Shown: positions 37,985 through 47,772, counted from the stretch's first letter. The stretch: 64,000 nt of DNA from Infirmifilum sp. (GCA_041287245.1 JBEULP010000003.1:64001-128000), one strand, 5' to 3'. Translations and numbers: made by a program. Notes: a model not told the origin generated them from the sequence alone.

Positions 37985-40393
37985 TCAGTCGAGCTTGATA
38001 ATATTTATCTGTCCTATTTTTCCTGGGAGATCCTCTGCCTGGGTTGTTAACACTACCTGTGCGATATCCCTGTTCTTCGCCAGCGTTTCGAGAAACGCCA
38101 GCTTAATCCTATTATCAACGTTAGGGAGAGGTTCGTCGAGTATTATAAAGTCAGCCTTATGCCGCAACTGGGAGTACATGGCAAGTAAAAGTGCAAGCAG
38201 TACTATTGTCTTTTGCCCGTCGCTTAGCAACTCATTGAACCTATATTTTCCAGCTTTAGTCGCGACGTAGATGTCGTAATAGCTAACCGGGGGGATCCCG
38301 CCACTTTTAGGCTTCTCAGTTATTACAAGTTCCACGGCTTCAACAGCCTCAGATTGATAAATACTTCTCAGTATCTCGTTTGCCTGTTTGTTCAGAGCCT
38401 GGATCTTCTCACGGCGCTGTCTCGTCAAAATCGTCCTAGTGGCATATTTAATCTTTCTAAGCTGTTCTGAGAGTTTTTCCAGTTTCGAAACCCTACTTTC
38501 TAACTCCTCTATTTCTCTCTGTATCGACTCTATGTAATTCTTAAGGTAGGTCTGTTCGTGAGCCTTCAGCTCAGTTTCAAGCTGTGACAGCTGTAACTTT
38601 AATTTGGTCTCTTCTTCCTTCAATCGCTGATACTCGGCATATAGAGGCGCGACCTTTTTTCTAGCTTCTTCAAGCTCTTTAATTTTAGCCTGAATAGCAA
38701 TAGTCTCGAGGCTTAAAGTGTACTCACCTAACTTCCTTTTTAATTCGCCCAGTTTATCGTCTAATCGAATTAGGCGGCTTTCTATCTCTTTATACTCACG
38801 CTGTTTCTCCTGGACTAGAAGATCATCCTCCCTAATTTCCTCGTTAAGACTCTCCTTTCTTTCCAGGTACTCCTTATATTTCTCATAGTTTAATTCATGG
38901 TTTACCAGTATAACCTTTAAATTACGAAGATCCTCGATCACATCACGCAAACCTCTAAGCTTTTTATCAAGTTCCTGTAGTTTCCTCTCGTGCTCAATTA
39001 TATTTTTAGTAATCTGGCTTAATTCACCCCGCATGTCTAGAGCGGCCGAGGCTTCCAACTGAGAGCCGCAAACAGGACATTCAACTTTCTCCACACGTGC
39101 AGCCTGCTCCAACAAACTCTGCCTTAACTGTTGAATACACCTGTACTGTTGAAGTCTCCTGGTTATTTCATGTATTTCCTGCTCAAGTGTTTTCACTTCC
39201 TTTTCAAGCTGCTCCTGCGTCCCATACTTGCTCTGAATCTCCAGGATTTTCTCCTCAGCCTCCTCGTATTCCGTAACACTCGGCTCTAGCTCGACAAGGA
39301 TTTTTTCAAGCGCACGGAGATCAGCCTTTTTTTGCTCAAGCTCAGTAATAGATTCTTGGACATTTTCCCATTCCCTGTCATATCTACTCCAGACATCATT
39401 CAATATTTTCTCAAGTTTTGAAAGAGATTCTTCCAGATTCTCGGGGGAGATATTTATTGCCTCCAGCCTCGCTACAAGATCCTGTGGCACGACAAGCCTT
39501 TCTAGAACACTCCTCAGCTCCTGTTTTAACTCTACCATTTCCTCATTCAGAGCATATATGTCAAGCTCAGAGGCGGGATGCTTGATCTTTTCTTTTATTC
39601 TAGCCAGGTAGTTCTTCTCATTTTCAATTTTACTAGATATGTTCTCATAATTCTCTCGCGCTTCTTCAAGATCCTTCATCCTGGAGGATAGTTCTTCGAG
39701 CCTACCACGTATTCTGGCTATTTCACTCTCAAGGGACCTCCTCTTCTCCTCTAGTTGTTTAAGAGATTCGACGGCTGCATTATATTCCCCCTTCAGCCTC
39801 TCCAGCTGGCCATTCAATTCAGCAAGTCTGCCTTCAACTCGCTTTATAGCCAGGGCGTCATGAAAAGCCCTTATAGAGTTGATCCCCAGTAGAATATCCA
39901 TAGCCTTGCTCCGAGCAACCCTGCTCCCATATGCAAGCATATATAATAGAATATAACTAAGCGAGACTGACCGTATAAACTCCTGGAAGTCAAGCCCCAG
40001 CAGTTCTTCGATCATCCCTTCAACCTTTAAAGGATCATTAAACACGTCACCGTGAGGCGTGCGCAGCGCTACGCTTTCACGAATCCTCCCCTCTCTTTTC
40101 TCAAGGCTCCTCTCAATGCTATAAACCCCCTCCTCTGGGACTTCAAACGTAAGGATTACCGTCGCCTTATCACAGCCGACGTTGATAAGATTCTCGCGTG
40201 GGTAAAATTTCATCGACACATTAAAATCTAAACCGTAAAGAGCAAACTGAATAGCAGAGAGAATACTTGACTTTCCAGAGCCCACAGGACCGATGATCAC
40301 GGTGAGCCCATCCGGGAACTCAAAAACTCTGTGATCCCGTAGCCCTCGATAACACTCTACTTCAAGCCTCCGCAGCCTCGCCTTCAACATCAC
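37985..40393 (-). CDS. SMC/Rad50-like ATPase (arcadin-4-like)
   Basis: GPVGSGKS, long coiled coil, central CPVC hook, LSDGQK, ILDEP; last gene of the crenactin cluster. Confidence 0.8.
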   Translation of the reverse strand: MMLKARLRRLEVECYRGLRDHRVFEFPDGLTVIIGPVGSGKSSILSAIQFALYGLDFNVSMKFYPRENLINVGCDKATVILTFEVPEEGVYSIERSLEKREGRIRESVALRTPHGDVFNDPLKVEGMIEELLGLDFQEFIRSVSLSYILLYMLAYGSRVARSKAMDILLGINSIRAFHDALAIKRVEGRLAELNGQLERLKGEYNAAVESLKQLEEKRRSLESEIARIRGRLEELSSRMKDLEEARENYENISSKIENEKNYLARIKEKIKHPASELDIYALNEEMVELKQELRSVLERLVVPQDLVARLEAINISPENLEESLSKLEKILNDVWSRYDREWENVQESITELEQKKADLRALEKILVELEPSVTEYEEAEEKILEIQSKYGTQEQLEKEVKTLEQEIHEITRRLQQYRCIQQLRQSLLEQAARVEKVECPVCGSQLEASAALDMRGELSQITKNIIEHERKLQELDKKLRGLRDVIEDLRNLKVILVNHELNYEKYKEYLERKESLNEEIREDDLLVQEKQREYKEIESRLIRLDDKLGELKRKLGEYTLSLETIAIQAKIKELEEARKKVAPLYAEYQRLKEEETKLKLQLSQLETELKAHEQTYLKNYIESIQREIEELESRVSKLEKLSEQLRKIKYATRTILTRQRREKIQALNKQANEILRSIYQSEAVEAVELVITEKPKSGGIPPVSYYDIYVATKAGKYRFNELLSDGQKTIVLLALLLAMYSQLRHKADFIILDEPLPNVDNRIKLAFLETLAKNRDIAQVVLTTQAEDLPGKIGQINIIKLD

Positions 40394-40580
40394 CCGCCTC
40401 TACAAGCATGTTTAGAAATTTTCTAACACCCTTTGGTCCCTTATGCACAAACTCGTCAAGAAGCCGGAGACTCAAAGCTAGAGCCTCAGGATCCTCACTT
40501 AATGCCTCCCGCAGCTCTTCACGCAACGCCTCCTCCACCCCCCTTCCTATATACCTGGTAGACACCGCCCTACCCACCAC
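40362..40580 (-). CDS. Small arcade protein (arcadin-3-like)
   Basis: 72 aa helical ORF overlapping both neighbours within the crenactin cluster. Confidence 0.55.
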   Translation of the reverse strand: MVGRAVSTRYIGRGVEEALREELREALSEDPEALALSLRLLDEFVHKGPKGVRKFLNMLVEAGDVEGEAAEA

Positions 40581-41199
40581 CCTTCCTTCTCCTACCTAAA
40601 ACATTGAGCCAGGGATTACCCTTTATAAAGTCTGGAACGTCGCCTTCTGCGATGCCCTCCTCAGCCTCCACAACCCTCCCACCCGGCTCTTCATCTCGAC
40701 TCTCCACAGTTTCAGAGGCTCCGTATACAACGATAGGCGTAGGAGGCTGGAGCCTCTGTGCCGCCTCCATTGGACGGTTAGGCTGGGGCGCCGTGAGAAC
40801 ACGCTTCCCCGGAGGAATCACCTCCACTATTTCACCTCCACTAGATATTTCAAGAAGCCCTACCTGCTTCTCCAAGAGAATCTCCCTGGTTCGTTTTGAA
40901 ACATATATAAGTTTTTTAGAGGGAACGGCTATATAGACATAATCTGCATTAACGGCTTCGCACTCATGCGCCTCGTGCGTAATTTCCGTGTTTACATCTC
41001 TAATTGGAACTCTCGACCCTATAAGTTTCACGACAAGGTGTGATCCACCAGCGTCGACGGCAAGTATTTCGGTCGACGTTCCATGGGACACCACGGACTC
41101 CACACGCCCCTTCCTGGAATTTGTTATAAACTTTTTAACATAATCAATATACATGTAATCCTCGCGGGTAACCCTTGAAGCACTAAACTCGCTCGCCAT
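40570..41199 (-). CDS. Arcadin-2-like crenactin regulator
   Basis: Globular N-domain, P/E-rich linker, C-terminal GNPWLNVLGRRR helix; directly after crenactin. Confidence 0.65.
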   Translation of the reverse strand: MASEFSASRVTREDYMYIDYVKKFITNSRKGRVESVVSHGTSTEILAVDAGGSHLVVKLIGSRVPIRDVNTEITHEAHECEAVNADYVYIAVPSKKLIYVSKRTREILLEKQVGLLEISSGGEIVEVIPPGKRVLTAPQPNRPMEAAQRLQPPTPIVVYGASETVESRDEEPGGRVVEAEEGIAEGDVPDFIKGNPWLNVLGRRRKGGG

Positions 41200-41310
41200 A
41201 ACCACTACAAGATGAAGGATAAGAAACCACCTAAAAGGGTTTCGGACATACCCGGAGGCGACGCTGATAACCTTATAGACAACCGTCAAAAACCGTGCCG
41301 GTAGGCATAT

Positions 41311-42591
41311 CTAAAAATGCGTTCCCCTCTTAAACCAACCCTCCCTAGTCCTCCAGTCCCACTCTATATCCTCCGGTAAGGCTATGCTATATACAATCGC
41401 CCCCTTCCAGACAGAATACAGGGGGTCGGCAACCAGGTGAACCCTAGATTCAATACCTAGCTCTGCAAGGCCAAGCCTTATTTTCTCGGCACTATCCACA
41501 GCGACGTCTTCAAGCCCCTTGGGGACTTTCCACGAGAAGTTGCCTCCACTTAAAATTATGTCACCGTAGAGCTTTGGCAAAAGCTCTATAGAGACCCTAC
41601 TCAAAGCCTCTTGAATAGCCTTGACAAGAGGTAAGGTCCCGGGCACAATTAATTCGCCCACCACGGTATCTCGAGGCCTAGGCATGCCCCTCTTGTAATA
41701 GCTCTCAAAAATTTCGTGTTCGGGGTTGAAGATAACCTCTCCTATTAAAAACCTCATCCAACCATTCTTCTCTAAGTTAACCTCGATAGTAGTTCCGGGT
41801 ATTTTAAAAACCGCCGTAAACCTTTCAGGGTTACTCTTAGCCGCCCTTATTGCCGCGTCAAGATTCCTTGGTATTAATCCTACAGCCTCCTTAAACATCC
41901 TGACAAACTTCTCTTCGCGAACACGGTCCCCGAAGCCTATGTCCTTCAGAATTTCAGCAGCTATAGAGTCAGCTTCAGCTCCACCCCTATTTAAGGCTAG
42001 AATCGCGTTCCTAATAGGGTAAGCGGAGATAGGCGTAATCTGTGTATTACCGTGTCCACTCTCAACGACTACGCAGGTAACGGACTTCTCAGCTATAGCT
42101 ACAGCCAAAGGCTGGGGAATAACCGTCACAGCTTTGACGACCCGCTCCTCCTTGTCGATCCTTGCGTGTATATCAAACAGCCTCTCGTACATGTAATCCG
42201 GAGCTATCACACTTAGAGCTGCCGTCACATAGAAACCCTCAAAGTCCTTTGACTGCGGCTTCGAAACAACCAAACCATATCTTGTCAGCTCTTCAATAAT
42301 CCTCCACGACCTCTGGTCATTCTTATCTATGAGGCCGTCACGCATTGGGTAAATCAGGTGCCTCGACAGGTCGTCGATACTACCCAGGTATTTAATAACG
42401 TCGGGACCGACAACGACCTCCTTTTCGATTCCATATATCTTCAGAAGCGTCCTCGACTCGCCGATGAAAAGCCCGCGATTCTCAACCACCATCGGCTTCT
42501 CAGCTAGAGGACCAAACTTAAAGTGACTGGTGCCATAGTCCTCCCCATACGAGTACCTCTGTTTATACGCACCCAGCGACACCTCAACCAC
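41311..42591 (-). CDS. Crenactin (archaeal actin)
   Basis: GEDYGTSHFKFG, YPMRDG, QPLAV, ESGHGNTQITPI, LSGGNF actin-fold motifs; 426 aa. Confidence 0.92.
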   Translation of the reverse strand: MVEVSLGAYKQRYSYGEDYGTSHFKFGPLAEKPMVVENRGLFIGESRTLLKIYGIEKEVVVGPDVIKYLGSIDDLSRHLIYPMRDGLIDKNDQRSWRIIEELTRYGLVVSKPQSKDFEGFYVTAALSVIAPDYMYERLFDIHARIDKEERVVKAVTVIPQPLAVAIAEKSVTCVVVESGHGNTQITPISAYPIRNAILALNRGGAEADSIAAEILKDIGFGDRVREEKFVRMFKEAVGLIPRNLDAAIRAAKSNPERFTAVFKIPGTTIEVNLEKNGWMRFLIGEVIFNPEHEIFESYYKRGMPRPRDTVVGELIVPGTLPLVKAIQEALSRVSIELLPKLYGDIILSGGNFSWKVPKGLEDVAVDSAEKIRLGLAELGIESRVHLVADPLYSVWKGAIVYSIALPEDIEWDWRTREGWFKRGTHF

Positions 42592-42644
42592 CCCAACCTA
42601 ACCCTAGCAGAACCCTTAAATAAATTCGCATATCTCAAAACCCC

Positions 42645-43043
42645 GTGAGTGAGGTATTGGAGATAGAGTTTAAAAGATTCGGAACCCCCCTCGCCAAAGG
42701 CGAGATACGAAGAGACTTAGCTCCAATGAACTTCGAGGCCCTAAGGAAGCTTGAAAAGACAGTGACCTCGATTATTCGCCGAGAAGACCTAATACTAATA
42801 AACGTGCCCTTAAAGATGGTGAACGAGGGGAGCGTCTACACAGACTTCAAACCAGGCGACATACTCCTAGCCCCCGCCGCAAGCTCCCTTGCAATCGTCA
42901 CAACTCACTTATCATCCGAGCCGCGGTTCCGCTTCTACAAGGCGGGCGAGATAACAAGTGGACTTGAAGCCCTCTCACAACTTAAGAACAACGAAATCCT
43001 AACAGTAACGATTAAGCCTCAAAAAGGCGATACAGATGTCTGA
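42645..43043 (+). CDS. Cyclophilin-like fold protein
   Basis: RDLAPMNFEAL and GDILLAP...LAI patterns. Confidence 0.5.
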   Translation: MSEVLEIEFKRFGTPLAKGEIRRDLAPMNFEALRKLEKTVTSIIRREDLILINVPLKMVNEGSVYTDFKPGDILLAPAASSLAIVTTHLSSEPRFRFYKAGEITSGLEALSQLKNNEILTVTIKPQKGDTDV

Positions 43044-43407
43044 TACGCAAATCGACGCGATAATACCTGTGAAGCTAACATCCCTAAACGACATCGCCAG
43101 GCTAGCCAGCAGCACCAGCGCCTTAGGCCACGTGACTTATATCCTCCACTTCGCCCGGGGCGGTAAGCATTACTATGGGATACTTGTTGTATTCCGAGAC
43201 TACTACAAGTTCTACGGACTGCCAATGTTCTACTACATTGTCAGTGACAAAGAGCTACCCGGAAATTATATTCTCTTCAAAGCAGAAGAGACCGGCGAGA
43301 TAGTAGAGGTAGCAAAGGGAACAAAGCCAGGTTTCATCACACTCCCAATAGTAAACATCGAACCTGACTCTCAACTCCTTAGAAAAATCATAACGCAGCT
43401 AGACTAG
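43036..43407 (+). CDS. Conserved crenarchaeal protein
   Basis: SLNDIARLA, DYYKFYGLPMFYY motif. Confidence 0.65.
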   Translation: MSDTQIDAIIPVKLTSLNDIARLASSTSALGHVTYILHFARGGKHYYGILVVFRDYYKFYGLPMFYYIVSDKELPGNYILFKAEETGEIVEVAKGTKPGFITLPIVNIEPDSQLLRKIITQLD

Positions 43408-43453
43408 CAATAGCTAATAAAACCGCCTTATAAGTTTCTTAGAGTAAAAACTG

Positions 43454-43885
43454 ATGAAGCCAACTTACTCTGTGAGATCGTCTTCTGAAAACCTGATTTT
43501 CACTTATCACCTTTTCAATAATATTTCAAAGGCGCTCTTGACAAGCCTGGAGCTCCTAAAAACAGACTCCTCGTCAACTTCTGACTCAGTAACTCTCAGC
43601 ATACTACTTTTATTCGCACTACGAATAAGCCTTGGTTTGCTACGTAATAACCTAAGAGATTCTAGCAACCTAGGTAGAGAAGAGGTTAACCGAATAGTTT
43701 ACGGTTACATCGCCCGGGCAGCCGATCTAGCCAAACACCTAAAGGATTTTCAGGAGGTCCCGCGGGGTCCCCACAAGCCCACCTTCTCTCAAAGCTTACA
43801 TGTAATCCTTGAAGAAGCTTTAAGGCTTGAGAATGAACTAGAGAGGTTTGATAAACTAATAGACGATCTCCTCGAAAAACCTTAA
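43454..43885 (+). CDS. Hypothetical helical protein
   Basis: 143 aa ORF with upstream TATA-like element. Confidence 0.55.
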   Translation: MKPTYSVRSSSENLIFTYHLFNNISKALLTSLELLKTDSSSTSDSVTLSILLLFALRISLGLLRNNLRDSSNLGREEVNRIVYGYIARAADLAKHLKDFQEVPRGPHKPTFSQSLHVILEEALRLENELERFDKLIDDLLEKP

Positions 43886-43910
43886 AGAAAACCAGAGTAG
43901 GTATAGCTCC

Positions 43911-44189
43911 TTATTTCCTAGCTAGGACAATCTCGATTGTCGAGATTGTGCGCTTCTTGTCGGCTTCGCCTACCTGCTCGCTGCCAATTTTGATTGTCTC
44001 GACGTCTACCTCGTCCTTGAGGAATCTACTCTTAACGATTTCGGCTACATCGACAGCGCGTGAAATAGCGCGCCCTCGCGCCTTTATAGAGACCCTCTTA
44101 GCACCCTGGTTAAATTGTATCACAGTGGCGAGGACATAGTTCATGACGTTTTTATTCCCTATTAGTACGCTTCCTTCTGTTGTGCTCAT
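43911..44189 (-). CDS. albA: Chromatin protein Alba
   Basis: [34 protein letters not shown]. Confidence 0.96.
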   Translation of the reverse strand: MSTTEGSVLIGNKNVMNYVLATVIQFNQGAKRVSIKARGRAISRAVDVAEIVKSRFLKDEVDVETIKIGSEQVGEADKKRTISTIEIVLARK

Positions 44190-44398
44190 TTGCTTCACCG
44201 TTCGCAAAACCCTTTACCCAGCTTGATTAATAAAGGTTACGCTTTTCTGAGGTTTTAAGGAAGCCCGAGAAGGCCGGGTCGTAGAACCTAGTCCGCGCCC
44301 GCATAGCCTCCTCTTGCTTTAGGATTCTAGCACCAATCTCCATCCTGTGAAACAGTTAGAAAAAAGAAAAGCATGCTTAGCAAGCCATACTCCTCCAT

Positions 44399-45988
44399 TT
44401 AAAAAGCTGGCTTTAGCTCTAGTCCATAACCGTAACGTCTGACTATACGTTCCAGCTTTCTACGGGGCTTCCCGGTTAGGTAATTGTAGTAGTCAGCCGA
44501 AACCTGAATTATCACGAGGGACGAGCCTGAATCGACGGTCACCTGGAACCCATCATCACCAAGCATTTTGTTCAGAGTCCTCTCGAGCGCCGCCTTCATC
44601 TTGTACTCTTCCACGCTAACCCTACCTCCTGACCTCTTAATTGGGACCACAAAGGTTCTTTCCCCAAACACATAGAGCTCATACTCAGGATCCCCAGACA
44701 TAAAGTCCCTCACCACTACCACAGGCCTAGCCAGGTCCTCCTCCTTCAGGCCGTGGGGTATCTTCACGGTTGTTTCAACGGAGTATACCTTCTCAACCTG
44801 TCCATTTTTAATGTAGATAACTGTATCCACGATCGAGGGTATCATCCCGAGCTCGACCCTACCGATAAACCTCTGTATAGCATCAATCGGGCTTGTAGCG
44901 TGCACTACCCCCACCATCCCAACACCTGCCAGCCGCAGGTCAGCGTAGATCTGAAAGTCGCGCGTGTCCCTCATTTCGTCATAGAAGGTGTAGTCCGGGC
45001 GGGACAATAGAAGGACGTCGTGTATCTCCTCTGAAGTGGCGTGAGTCTTAGAGTACTGCGTTATCTCCACCGGCAAATGCATGTCGCGCGGGGACTCAAT
45101 AGTCTTCACGACTTTCCCCTTTCTATGGTAATACTCTGCAAGCGCCTGTGCAAATGTCGTTTTACCCATCCCAGGCGCGCCGGCGATCAAAATCCCCTCT
45201 GCTTGCTTCTCAAGCCTGTCCACCAGCTTCTTCGGCAAGTTATAGTCTTCAAGCCTAAGCTTGGCAACCGGTCGAACGGCGGTGATCTCAATACCATCTG
45301 AGAATGGAGGCTTGGTTATGACTATACGGTAACTATCCAGCTGGATTATAACGACACCGACCCCCTCATACTCGATAAAGGCTGACTGGCTTTCATTCCT
45401 AACCCTCTCGAAGATCTGGCGAATATAGTCCTCGAGTTCTTCACGTGTCAAAGGCTCCTCGCGAAGCTCGACAAAACTCCACTTCCCCGGGACGCCCTTC
45501 TTAGCATAGGGGCGCGCACCCTCCTTGAGGTGCACAGACATTACGTCGCTATCAAACAGCCTCTCGAGAATAAACTTCTCCTTGCCCCCCACAGGAATCA
45601 ATAAAACCTCAATGCCCATAGCCCTCGCAGCCTTGGCTGAAACGTCATCACATGTTACCAGAACGCCTCCATGCTCGTACGCGACGAGCCGCGCCACCAT
45701 GTCCGGGTTCAGGTCCCGGATGCCACGGGCACCCTGAGGAAGCTCATACATGTATTCGACCTCGACAACCTCAGGCATCGTCTCGACAGCCTCCCTCAAC
45801 AAGGCAAGCTCCTTCAAACCCGAGAGCCCGCTACTGGCGCCCTTCCTTGCAAGCTCTTCAAAATAGTTTACGAGGGCAACATGAAGAATTATACGCCCAG
45901 CTACCTTGCCCTCCAAAAGGGCTGAACGCAGAACCCCGCTGATTATAGCCGATGTATCCGGTATGTACACTCCTTCTTCTAAACTCAT
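44399..45988 (-). CDS. PIN-domain P-loop ATPase (PINA-like)
   Basis: PDTSA PIN domain, GAPGMGKTT, ESPRD, DEMR, GVVHA. Confidence 0.9.
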   Translation of the reverse strand: MSLEEGVYIPDTSAIISGVLRSALLEGKVAGRIILHVALVNYFEELARKGASSGLSGLKELALLREAVETMPEVVEVEYMYELPQGARGIRDLNPDMVARLVAYEHGGVLVTCDDVSAKAARAMGIEVLLIPVGGKEKFILERLFDSDVMSVHLKEGARPYAKKGVPGKWSFVELREEPLTREELEDYIRQIFERVRNESQSAFIEYEGVGVVIIQLDSYRIVITKPPFSDGIEITAVRPVAKLRLEDYNLPKKLVDRLEKQAEGILIAGAPGMGKTTFAQALAEYYHRKGKVVKTIESPRDMHLPVEITQYSKTHATSEEIHDVLLLSRPDYTFYDEMRDTRDFQIYADLRLAGVGMVGVVHATSPIDAIQRFIGRVELGMIPSIVDTVIYIKNGQVEKVYSVETTVKIPHGLKEEDLARPVVVVRDFMSGDPEYELYVFGERTFVVPIKRSGGRVSVEEYKMKAALERTLNKMLGDDGFQVTVDSGSSLVIIQVSADYYNYLTGKPRRKLERIVRRYGYGLELKPAF

Positions 45989-46079
45989 TACCAGATTCGA
46001 TATCGACTAGGACCTACCATTTTTAAATGTTTCGCACAGCTTGAAAAACTCGGGAGTCTATCGTAGAAGGAGGAAGTAG

Positions 46080-46460
46080 ACCCCTAAATTTCAACTGGAA
46101 ATCTCCTAAGTTAAGCTCTGAGTTACAGTTAGTATTAAGTAGTATAACACGGGTTTTATCTCCAGTTGTTCCATAAGAAATGAAGGGGTCTGAGAAGATT
46201 ATACAAGGTTAGGGGATCTTATACGGTTATACTGTCTAATTGTTGTAAGGAGCTTGAGGTTTAAATAACCCCTTGATTTCCACTGGAGCCGGTGGAAAAG
46301 AGTGATTAGTCTCTTTATTCACGTTATAACCTAAAATAAATCTCTTTTTTAGAATGCAAATGTAATTTTAGATAGAAATAAAAGACAGAAATAAGTTAGC
46401 GTTTATACAGCTACCAAGTCGTAGTATAAAATAAGAGTTTTTCATAAATACCCCTTGATT
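46080..46460. promoter_or_regulatory. Putative replication origin with ORB elements and AT-rich unwinding region
   Basis: TTCCAGTTGAAATTTAGGGGT (-, 46080-46100), TTCCATAAGAAATGAAGGGGT (+, 46169-46189), TCCAGTGGAAATCAAGGGGT (-, 46268-46287), half-site 46449-46460; AT-rich about 46310-46448. Confidence 0.8.
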
Positions 46461-46481
46461 GGCTATAAATCTCAGAAGCTT

Positions 46482-46877
46482 ATGGCGCCTAAGATCAAGA
46501 TTGAGGATACCCTGCCTTCAGGCGAGAAAGTGTCTCTCTCAATAGAAGGCGGGGACCTTGATGAGGAAAAAGTCCTGCGGCTTCTTGCTACCCTGAAAAG
46601 CCTAAAAGATTCTAGCAAGACGATGCCCCTAGAACCGCAGGAGGAGGAGACCACTAAGGAGAAAATCTGGCGCGTCATAGTTGAAAACTTTGCTGACGGG
46701 ACCTGGTTCTCGCTAAAAGATGTGTTCAACCTAGCCGTAAAACAGGAGCCTTCTCTGAAAATTACCGCCGTCTCAACTTATGTCACGCGTCTCGTCTCTG
46801 AAGGCCGGCTTGTGAAGCGTGGGACCAAGCCCAACACTCGCTACCGGATTAGAAGCATCGTTGTAGAGAGAGTTTAA
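46482..46877 (+). CDS. Winged-helix protein adjacent to the putative origin
   Basis: WFSLKDV...AVSTYVTRLVSEGRLVKRG...YR wHTH; ATG 46482. Confidence 0.75.
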   Translation: MAPKIKIEDTLPSGEKVSLSIEGGDLDEEKVLRLLATLKSLKDSSKTMPLEPQEEETTKEKIWRVIVENFADGTWFSLKDVFNLAVKQEPSLKITAVSTYVTRLVSEGRLVKRGTKPNTRYRIRSIVVERV

Positions 46878-46902
46878 GGCCGAGGTTTTGTGATCCCGTG
46901 CC

Positions 46903-47484
46903 CTAAGGCCGCTTTGTATATTCGGGTATGAGGAGCTTTGCTATATCACTTTTAGTTATTATCCCAACAATCCTCATGCTTTGTTCGACGAGTACGGCTG
47001 GAACGCCTTTTGAGAGCATGCGTGCAATTACCCTGACCTTAGTGTTGCAGGAGACGATGGGAAGCGGGTCCGACATGATGTCGGCAACTGTTAGCTGCGA
47101 GGCGCGCTCGTTTTCACGCATAAAAGCGGCAAGTATATCATCATCGAAGACTGTCCCAACATTCTCGTGTGAATCGACGCTAAGCACTGGCAACTGGCTA
47201 AACCCCTTCTCCCACATAATTCTCGCAGCGTCGACTAGTTTAGTCCCAGTTGTCACATAGATTACAGGGGAGGACATGACATCACAGGAGCACAGCTCAT
47301 CCTCCAGGATGTTCTTCAAAGCATCGTATATTCGGATGAGAGTAGAGACCCGTGGGTTCACTTTTCCAGCCTCTATCCTAGCTATAAGGCTTTGGCTAAC
47401 CCCTGCCCGTCGAGCCACCTCGCTCTGTGTCAGGCCAGCCTTAACCCGTAGTATTCTCAGCTCTTCAGGCGATGGTATTGGCAT
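46903..47484 (-). CDS. XRE-HTH plus CBS-domain transcriptional regulator
   Basis: GLTQSEVARRAGVSQSLIARIE, FSQLPV, GIITKSD. Confidence 0.9.
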   Translation of the reverse strand: MPIPSPEELRILRVKAGLTQSEVARRAGVSQSLIARIEAGKVNPRVSTLIRIYDALKNILEDELCSCDVMSSPVIYVTTGTKLVDAARIMWEKGFSQLPVLSVDSHENVGTVFDDDILAAFMRENERASQLTVADIMSDPLPIVSCNTKVRVIARMLSKGVPAVLVEQSMRIVGIITKSDIAKLLIPEYTKRP

Positions 47485-47665
47485 ACATAGAAAAAAGTCG
47501 TGATTACTGATATGCATTACGCTCATTTAAAATCTTGAATTCCCAAGTAAACAGGTTCCGCGCCTGAGTACACTTTTCCCCAACTCCTAAAAAATAATGG
47601 TATCCTTGAAACGATGGCATTCCTCTAAAGTAAAGTTTAAGAATAATCATTCTAGAAAAACCTTA

Positions 47666-47772
47666 GGGCCGGTAGCTCAGCCAGGTAGAGCACCCGGCTC
47701 ATAACCGGGAGCGAACCGCGCATGGCGCGCGGGCGTCGGGATGGGTCCCGGGTTCAAGTCCCGGCCGGCCCA
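47666..47772 (+). tRNA. tRNA with CAT anticodon, likely tRNA-Ile2, with intron of about 33 nt near 43/44 (about 47710-47742)
   Basis: GGGCCGG acceptor stem, CCCGG-CTCATAA-CCGGG arm; hairpin insertion before GGTC; exact splice sites uncertain. Confidence 0.8.

Noticed and set aside
44227..44397. Two tiny minus-strand ORFs between PINA and alba
   Set aside because: No motifs, and one runs into the alba promoter; insufficient evidence.
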